In this document: positions 57,859 through 64,000 of the stretch, piece after piece
How the letters are laid out: each line of letters opens with the position of its first letter
Position numbering within the stretch: the first letter of the stretch is position 1
Assembly: GCA_017501525.1 (NCBI GenBank)
Contig: JAFVWT010000011.1
Span: 131,037-195,036, forward strand
DNA from: Bacteroidales bacterium
GTDB lineage: Bacteria > Bacteroidota > Bacteroidia > Bacteroidales > UBA932
Length of the DNA stretch: 64,000 nt
Direction of reading: 5' to 3'
Made by a program: the position numbers and the translations under genes
The notes under the pieces: model-generated
What the model saw: the letters and a program-made list of their open reading frames with translations, nothing else
Databases searched by the model: none
Told to the model about the DNA's origin: nothing

Positions 57859-59349
57859 TTAAACCATTTTCCTTAATTCGCACATTGCTTTTTGTATCTC
57901 GGATTCGAGTTCTTCGATACGCCTTAAAATCACATCGCTTTTTTCATATACGATTCTTTCACGTTCTACCTCTTTATATTTGTTGATAGAGAGGTCGTAT
58001 CCTTTTTCTCGAATCTCTTTTACGGGAACGAGGAATGATTGGTCTTTTCGGGTTCTGTTATTTTCTCCTGCAAGATTGTGGAAGCGGGTGATGATATCAG
58101 GAATGTCATTTTGAGGGATGGGATTTCTTCTGTCGTCAAGGGAGAATCCGTCTGTTTTCATATCGTAAAACCATACTTTGTCTGTTCCACCTGTATTGGT
58201 TTTGGTGAAGATAAGGATTGCGGTAGATACTCCTGCGTATGGTTTGAATACCCCTGACGGCATTGAAATAACTGCCTGTAGTCTCTGATTGTCAACGATT
58301 TCTTTTCTGATTGCCAAGTGCCCTGTACTTGTCCCGAAAAGGACTCCGTCAGGAACAATTGACGCACAACGGCCACCCGTTTGCAGCATCCTTACGAACA
58401 ATGCCATAAAAAGAAGTTCTGTCTTCTTGGTTTTGGTGATGGAAAGGATGGATTTGCTGACAGAATCATAATCAAGGCTGCCGGCAAATGGTGGATTTGC
58501 AAGACAAAGTGTGTATTTGTTTTCGTCTGTATTGTCGGTCGAGAGGCTGTCTTTGTATTCTACATCGGGATTGTCAACTCCGTGAAGCATAAGGTTCATT
58601 GCGCCTATGCGAAGCATTGTGCTGTCGGTATCAAATCCGTGCAGTAAACCATTTTTATAGTGGTTGGCATTATCTTTTTTGAGCAGTTCCGATTTGAATT
58701 TTTCTTGGATATATTTTGCACTTTCAACAATAAATCCGGCACTTCCCATTGCTGGGTCGCAGATGATGTCGTTGAGTTTTGGCTCCATCATTTCTACCAT
58801 CATCTTGATGATGTGGCGAGGGGTACGGAATTGCCCGTTGTTTCCCGAAGCAGCCATCTTGCCGAGGACATATTCATATACGTCGCCCATTGTGTCTTTG
58901 TTGTTCATATCGAGGCTATCGATGTTTTCTACAACTTTGACAAGTGTGCGTGGGTTTTGGATGAGGAAAGTGGCGTTTGCCATAAAGCGACTATAGGAAC
59001 TTTCTCTTCCGATGTTGAGGTTTTTGATAAAGGTGAAGGCGTCGCGGCTGATGATGCGATACATCTCTTCGGCATCTTTGTTTTTGAAAAAGCTCCATCT
59101 TAAAGATTGGTATGGTATTTCCTGGGTTGTTTCTGGGTTATGCCAGCAGCCATCCTTGAATGTGGGATCTTTTACAGCTACTCCCATCAATGATGCGTTT
59201 GCCTCTTTTGTGATTTGGGCATCATCGAGCATTTTGATAAAGAACAGGTAGGTCATCTGTTCCAAAATGGTGATGGAATTGGTGATGCCTCCTGTCCAGA
59301 ATGTATCCCAAATCGTGTCAATGCGACTTTTAATCTCTCCTGTTATCAT
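57859..59349 (-). CDS. hsdM: Type I restriction-modification N6-adenine DNA methyltransferase subunit
   Basis: HsdM_N-like N-terminus, SAM motif I ICDPAMGSAGF and catalytic motif IV LANPPFAG. Confidence 0.92.
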   Translation of the reverse strand: MITGEIKSRIDTIWDTFWTGGITNSITILEQMTYLFFIKMLDDAQITKEANASLMGVAVKDPTFKDGCWHNPETTQEIPYQSLRWSFFKNKDAEEMYRIISRDAFTFIKNLNIGRESSYSRFMANATFLIQNPRTLVKVVENIDSLDMNNKDTMGDVYEYVLGKMAASGNNGQFRTPRHIIKMMVEMMEPKLNDIICDPAMGSAGFIVESAKYIQEKFKSELLKKDNANHYKNGLLHGFDTDSTMLRIGAMNLMLHGVDNPDVEYKDSLSTDNTDENKYTLCLANPPFAGSLDYDSVSKSILSITKTKKTELLFMALFVRMLQTGGRCASIVPDGVLFGTSTGHLAIRKEIVDNQRLQAVISMPSGVFKPYAGVSTAILIFTKTNTGGTDKVWFYDMKTDGFSLDDRRNPIPQNDIPDIITRFHNLAGENNRTRKDQSFLVPVKEIREKGYDLSINKYKEVERERIVYEKSDVILRRIEELESEIQKAMCELRKMV

Positions 59350-59383
59350 TTGTTTGTATAAATGTTTTAAGGTTGTCGGTCGT

Positions 59384-60271
59384 TTAAGGTTTAACCCACT
59401 CGATTTTGGTCCCTTTGCGCTCCATGCCGCGGAACCAGGTCATCTGCCTTTTTGCAAATTGGTGGATTGCTATGGCGAGTTGTTCGCGCATCTGTTCAAA
59501 TGTGAGTTCTCCTATCAGATGGAGAGTTACAAATTTGTATTCAAGTCCGTAGTAGATAAGGTCTTCTGCCGGGATTCCTTTGTCGAGGAGAGATTGGACC
59601 TCCTCAATCATTCCCTCTTTAAGGCGGGCATCCAATCGTGCATCAATTCTGCGGACACGTTCCTCGCGGGAGACTTCTGTTCCTATATATAGTACCTCTT
59701 CCGGAAGAAATCGCGGGAACGATTCATCAAGAGAGTAGATACCTTCGTCTTCAGGGTGTTCCTGTTTGTAAAAGGCTATTTCCAAGGCTCTTATAAGCCT
59801 TTTGCGGGTGTCGTAATCGGTGGTGTTGTGGGTTTTGACCATACTTTTCAGCAGGTCAATCAACTCTTCTGTGGTACGTTGCTCAAGCTCTTCCCTGAGC
59901 TTTTGATTTTGTGGAACATCGGGAAGTTCATACCCTTTTGTTACCGCTTCTAAGTAGAGCCCTGAGCCTCCGCATAAGATCACTTTTTTCCCCCTTGATG
60001 TGATATCTTTATAAGCTGCAGCAAAGTCTCTCTGGTATCTGAATATGTTATATTTTTCCCCTGCATCTACGATGTCGATCAGATGATAGGGGATTTGTTC
60101 TCCGTCTATAGTATAATCTGCTATATCTTTGCCGGTGCCGATGTCCATTCCGCGATAGACCTGACGCGAGTCGGCAGAGATAATTTCTGCACCAATCTCT
60201 TTGGCGAGTCTTACCGCATATTTAGTTTTGCCCGAGGCTGTGGGGCCAAGTACGCAGATTAGTTTTATCAT
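59384..60271 (-). CDS. miaA: tRNA dimethylallyltransferase
   Basis: P-loop GPTASGKT and SADSRQVYRGMDIGTGK. Confidence 0.92.
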   Translation of the reverse strand: MIKLICVLGPTASGKTKYAVRLAKEIGAEIISADSRQVYRGMDIGTGKDIADYTIDGEQIPYHLIDIVDAGEKYNIFRYQRDFAAAYKDITSRGKKVILCGGSGLYLEAVTKGYELPDVPQNQKLREELEQRTTEELIDLLKSMVKTHNTTDYDTRKRLIRALEIAFYKQEHPEDEGIYSLDESFPRFLPEEVLYIGTEVSREERVRRIDARLDARLKEGMIEEVQSLLDKGIPAEDLIYYGLEYKFVTLHLIGELTFEQMREQLAIAIHQFAKRQMTWFRGMERKGTKIEWVKP

Positions 60272-60274
60272 ATT

Positions 60275-60724
60275 TTAGGAGTATTGGGCATCTCTACGCA
60301 TATCTTTCTCTTTGATAGCGTGACGCTTGTCGTATTCTTTTTTACCGCGGGCTAAAGCGATATTGAGTTTGGCATAGCCGTTGTCGGCAATAAAAAGTCT
60401 TGTGGCAACAATCGTGAGCCCTTTCTCCTTTATCGCCCTGGCAAGTTTGCGTAGTTCCCTTTTGTTCAAAAGGAGTTTGCGGTCCCTTTTGGGGTCGTGT
60501 TTGTTGAAGGAACCCCACCAGTAGTCGGCAATGTGGATGTTTTTGACAAATAGCTCTCCCGCAATGAAATAGCAGTAGCTGTCGGGAAGTGATGCTTTTC
60601 CGGCTCTGATCGATTTTATTTCAGTACCTGTAAGGACAATTCCCGCTGTAAAAGTCTCTAAAAATTCGTATTCAAAAGAGGCTTTTTTATTTTTTATCTC
60701 AACTTTACTTTTAGCTTTTGGCAT
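60275..60724 (-). CDS. smpB: SsrA-binding protein
   Basis: 149 aa. NKKASFEY...GTEIKS and KLLLNKREL motifs. Confidence 0.95.
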   Translation of the reverse strand: MPKAKSKVEIKNKKASFEYEFLETFTAGIVLTGTEIKSIRAGKASLPDSYCYFIAGELFVKNIHIADYWWGSFNKHDPKRDRKLLLNKRELRKLARAIKEKGLTIVATRLFIADNGYAKLNIALARGKKEYDKRHAIKEKDMRRDAQYS

Positions 60725-60779
60725 AACAGGGGCAAAGATACAACAAAGAAACGAAAGCAGGTGTACCCATTTGTCAAAA

Positions 60780-62822
60780 TCAGAATTTAGGAGTTATCCC
60801 CACAAAGATTTCAAAATTGATTCCGGGCATCGGTCGGGAGAGGACTGAGAGGTATTCTTCGTTGAAAAGGTTGTTGATAGCCCCTTTTATGCTGAGATCG
60901 GCCCATTTGAAATTCAGATTTTTTTCCAATACGATATTGCTCATAAAGTAGGAGGGAAGTTTTCCTGTGAGGGAGATATCGTTGCTGGACATAGTGTATC
61001 GCTGACTGTAGTAGCACCATTTATATGTAAAGGCCCATCCTCTCCAGGAGAGTCTACCATTGATTGAGGAAGAGTATTCCGGAACATAGGGAAGTTGTTT
61101 TCCGACTGACTGGTCAGCAATTGAGACAGGTTCACCATTATTTATGGAAGGTGTCCACGAGAAGTTGGCTCCTATATCCAATTTCCATTCTCGAGCAAAA
61201 ATCCAATCAAGTTTTCCCTCTATTTCAACTCCGTAGGCATGAACATCCTTGATATTTCTCGGAGAGAAGAATCCTTTAGTGGTGGGGAGCCAGATAATCC
61301 AATCGTGTATGTAAGAGTCAAACCATGTAGCGGATCCCGATAGGGTGTATATCCCCTCTTTACCTGTAGAGAATGAGATGCCTGCATCGTAGCTCCATCC
61401 ACTCTCATTCTTCAAGTCAGGATTTCCGCCAGGAAGAAAATAGAGGTCATTCAAAGAAGGAAATCTATAGTTTCTTGAGATAGAGGCTTTTGCAACAATA
61501 TTTCCTTTTTTGCAAATGACACCGTCAATGAAAAGTGCAGGTATGATGGGGGTAAATACGGTTCCATACATCTCTTCTCTTAGGACAACAGAAATACCCA
61601 TCTCTTCAATAGGTTTCCATTTAGCAGATATCGCCCCAGAGAGTTCGATACGCCCTTTCTGGTATCCTACAATCGCTTTATCCCCATCCTGGCGGATAAT
61701 ATTCTTGTCTTTACTTGTCACAAAGTGCTGATGAGCCGACAAACTTGCAGTAAACAGCCATTTTTTTCCTATATAGTATTCACCCTCGGCATTTCCGTAG
61801 ATAGTGTTGATAGTGCTGCGCGAACGGGTCATTTCCGACATTATTCCGTTTCCAATATCCCTTTTGTAGTCGTATGCCATCCAGGTATAGATATATCCCC
61901 CTTTGGCAGAGAGTTTCCAGTTTGATCGGAGGTGGTCCCAGTTTATTATTCCTCTGAATGTCTGTTCCCTTTGGCGGTTGTCAAACTCTGTTGCATCAGA
62001 ATAGTCAGTGGTCAGTAGCGGAAGTTCCCTGTTGGAGTTGATATACCAGGCATTCAGCCCGAAACGATCTCCTTTAAGGGTGTTGTAATAGACCTCTTGA
62101 AGGATATGAAAGTCTCTGAATGAGCCACTTTTATTTGTTTCAACAGGATAATATTGCTCTATGATATTCATATTTTCATCATAGATATTCTCCTTTTTGT
62201 CGTGATTGCGGTATTTGAAATCGTTGGCTGAAGTGGAGAGGACTGCTCTGGTGGAGATTTGCCATTTTGGGGTGCCGTAGGTTATTCTGAGAAACTCATC
62301 AAAGGTCTTGAATGAGCCTATACCCTGGATATATTGTAACCCAAATCCGTTGTTATTTGCGGGTGTTGTGGATAGTTTTACGGCCCCTCCGAGTCCTCCT
62401 CCGATTTCGTTTACAGAGGATGTCCCATGGAGTAAAGAGGCATCGTCTATGAAGTATGAAGGAATCATCGAAAAATCGGTAGAGCCTAACATCGGATTAT
62501 TGATCTTCATCCCGTTCCAGCTTACTTGAGTATGGGAGGCAGAAGTGCCCCGAAATGCTACTGTAGATAGAGTGGCACGACCATGGCTCTTTACAAAAAT
62601 GGAGGAGTTATAGGTCAGAATGTCGGCTACCGAGAGGGCAATATTTTCTTTTAACCGAACTGAATCAAATGAGGTTTTTTGGATTCCAATCTCTTTCATG
62701 GGGCGGTCAGCATAGATTGTTGCCTCATCTATCTGAAATATCCTTTTGGTAATGCTCTCCTGCTGGGCGAATAAGGTGGCTGGAATGGAGAGAAGCAATA
62801 TGTAAAGCAGATATTTTTTCAT
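60780..62822 (-). CDS. TonB-dependent receptor (BtuB-like size, 680 aa)
   Basis: Signal peptide, plug domain ([23 protein letters not shown]) and a C-terminal barrel ending in F. Confidence 0.85.
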   Translation of the reverse strand: MKKYLLYILLLSIPATLFAQQESITKRIFQIDEATIYADRPMKEIGIQKTSFDSVRLKENIALSVADILTYNSSIFVKSHGRATLSTVAFRGTSASHTQVSWNGMKINNPMLGSTDFSMIPSYFIDDASLLHGTSSVNEIGGGLGGAVKLSTTPANNNGFGLQYIQGIGSFKTFDEFLRITYGTPKWQISTRAVLSTSANDFKYRNHDKKENIYDENMNIIEQYYPVETNKSGSFRDFHILQEVYYNTLKGDRFGLNAWYINSNRELPLLTTDYSDATEFDNRQREQTFRGIINWDHLRSNWKLSAKGGYIYTWMAYDYKRDIGNGIMSEMTRSRSTINTIYGNAEGEYYIGKKWLFTASLSAHQHFVTSKDKNIIRQDGDKAIVGYQKGRIELSGAISAKWKPIEEMGISVVLREEMYGTVFTPIIPALFIDGVICKKGNIVAKASISRNYRFPSLNDLYFLPGGNPDLKNESGWSYDAGISFSTGKEGIYTLSGSATWFDSYIHDWIIWLPTTKGFFSPRNIKDVHAYGVEIEGKLDWIFAREWKLDIGANFSWTPSINNGEPVSIADQSVGKQLPYVPEYSSSINGRLSWRGWAFTYKWCYYSQRYTMSSNDISLTGKLPSYFMSNIVLEKNLNFKWADLSIKGAINNLFNEEYLSVLSRPMPGINFEIFVGITPKF

Positions 62823-62828
62823 CTCAAA

Positions 62829-63938
62829 TTACCTCCAGCAAAATGCTCCCGGTATGATTCCGGCATAAAAATGATCAATGAGTTCCCCATCTTTGGAGTA
62901 TCTGTATATGAATCCAGGTTGTACGTAGTCAATCGCATCAGCAACATAAACGTCGGAACTCTTTGGATCAACAGTCAGTCCATAATATATAGTCCCATTA
63001 TCGGGAATGAAGGGTCTGATAGGGAGTTGCTTAGAGTTTACATCCATTTCCCATATATCGTGGTTTATCCAATAGAGCCGATCTTTAGTACCGTTGAGTT
63101 GAACTTCCGAGGGGGCGTCACCGAGGTTGAATCTGAACTGATTTTCAATGGTAAATGTTTCTGCATCAATACAGTAGAGTGAGGGAGCTTCATATCCGTA
63201 TGGAGAGTCTTCATAGCCTCCATCTGTTATTGTCCAGATTTTATTGTTACAGTCGAGAACCAAAGATGTGGGTTGGATCCCAACAATGAGTTCATCCACG
63301 ACCCTATCGGTTTCGGTATCTATTTTTAAGATTCTGTTCTGGTAGGACCAGCAGTTTACATAGATATATTTGCCATATTGGACCATTTGCTCAGTGGAGC
63401 CACTCTCCATCGTCATGTCCGGACACTCGATGTATCCTGTTATCTCGTATTTTCGGGGATTTACGATGAAGATTCTGTTGTCCCAGATTTGTGTAATATA
63501 GGCTTTCTCATCAGATATGAAATGGATATATCTTGGGGATGTGAGGTTTGTAATCCTTCCCACCTCCTCAAATGTATTAATGTTGATGGCAAAAACTACG
63601 TGGGAGTTGTTAACCACTATCCAACCGATGCTGTCGCGAATTACCATAGATTGGGCGACATCTCCAAGTTTCATTCCGTTAGCCCTGTAAAATACCTCGT
63701 TGTCACATTTCTTGGTTGCCGGATTATAGTATGAAAGGGTGGCATTCCCATATTGGAAGTTCCCTTCATTTATAATAAATAATCCATCCCCTGTGATAGA
63801 GAAATCCTCTTCAATACCGTACTCCCACTTCATACATCCGGTACAAAGTGAGAGTAGGCAAATGGAGAATAAAAAATTATTTAAAATTGTCGAACTATGT
63901 TTCTTACCCGATTTCATATCTTGTATTGCGGCCCCCAA
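62829..63938 (-). CDS. beta-propeller surface lipoprotein (YncE/DUF5074-like)
   Basis: Lipobox LSLCTGC and repeated beta-strand blades. Lies 6 nt upstream of the TonB-dependent receptor. The start may instead be the internal ATG at 63917. Confidence 0.5.
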   Translation of the reverse strand: MGAAIQDMKSGKKHSSTILNNFLFSICLLSLCTGCMKWEYGIEEDFSITGDGLFIINEGNFQYGNATLSYYNPATKKCDNEVFYRANGMKLGDVAQSMVIRDSIGWIVVNNSHVVFAININTFEEVGRITNLTSPRYIHFISDEKAYITQIWDNRIFIVNPRKYEITGYIECPDMTMESGSTEQMVQYGKYIYVNCWSYQNRILKIDTETDRVVDELIVGIQPTSLVLDCNNKIWTITDGGYEDSPYGYEAPSLYCIDAETFTIENQFRFNLGDAPSEVQLNGTKDRLYWINHDIWEMDVNSKQLPIRPFIPDNGTIYYGLTVDPKSSDVYVADAIDYVQPGFIYRYSKDGELIDHFYAGIIPGAFCWR

Positions 63939-64000
63939 TTTATAGGAAATTTCATAAAATCCTATTGAAGTTCCCTTAAATTATTGTCGTAAATTCCTGT

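Larger units (their letters stand above)
51194..59349 (-). other. Type I restriction-modification island (hsdM - AlbA_2/wHTH gene - unknown TM gene - hsdS - hsdR)
   Basis: Five co-directional genes. The intergenic gaps between hsdM and hsdS are 4, 8 and 2 nt. No integrase or transposase is present. Confidence 0.85.

Noticed and set aside
58381-59692. Plus-strand ORFs of 88-147 aa overlapping hsdM and the miaA 3' end
   Set aside because: They are antisense to genes with clear catalytic motifs (NPPF, P-loop). Long antisense ORFs are expected here by chance. I see no promoter box or motif support.
1-64000. CRISPR arrays, rRNA/tRNA genes, transposases/integrases, toxin-antitoxin pairs, retron or DGR reverse transcriptases
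   Set aside because: I found no regularly spaced direct repeats of 24-40 bp, no tRNA T-loop/acceptor signatures, and no ORF with DDE, tyrosine/serine recombinase or RT motifs in the six-frame track.

Overview
The window looks like a chromosomal segment of a Bacteroidota (Bacteroidales-type) genome. This is supported by recurrent TAnnTTTG -7 promoter boxes instead of Shine-Dalgarno/-10 signals, a GldH-like lipoprotein next to PSP1/RicT and holB, a TolC-MFP-RND-PG0541-type efflux operon, a b558-type FrdC, a DUF4492-cydAB cluster and TonB-dependent receptor loci. About 55 protein genes are packed tightly on both strands, and most are housekeeping: kbl, sdaA, trxA, trmB, holB, hemW, pyrH, frr, pgk, lgt, trxB, cydAB, miaA, smpB. 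Redox and oxidative-stress genes recur across the window: two thioredoxins, TrxB, a peroxiredoxin, OxyR and cytochrome bd. I found no rRNA, tRNA, tmRNA, CRISPR array, transposase or integrase. The only clearly accessory block is a Type I restriction-modification operon at 51194-59349 (hsdM - X - Y - hsdS - hsdR). Two translationally coupled non-RM genes sit between hsdM and hsdS: an AlbA_2/Schlafen-like ATPase-like wHTH protein and an unrecognisable AT-rich single-pass membrane protein. This is my best candidate for an undescribed RM-coupled defence module. Other items worth a second look:
- a perfect 13-bp palindrome over the putative hsdR promoter
- a perfect 4x12-bp in-frame repeat in gene X
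- an orphan fumarate reductase cytochrome b gene, followed by a 750-bp ORF-free region full of REP-like 20-nt units
- an OxyR-adjacent prx-trx-ATP-grasp ligase operon
- a 15-bp palindromic tandem array upstream of sdaA
- an M16 peptidase homologue that has lost its HxxEH zinc site

All family assignments come from reading the translated ORFs by eye. No database search was run.
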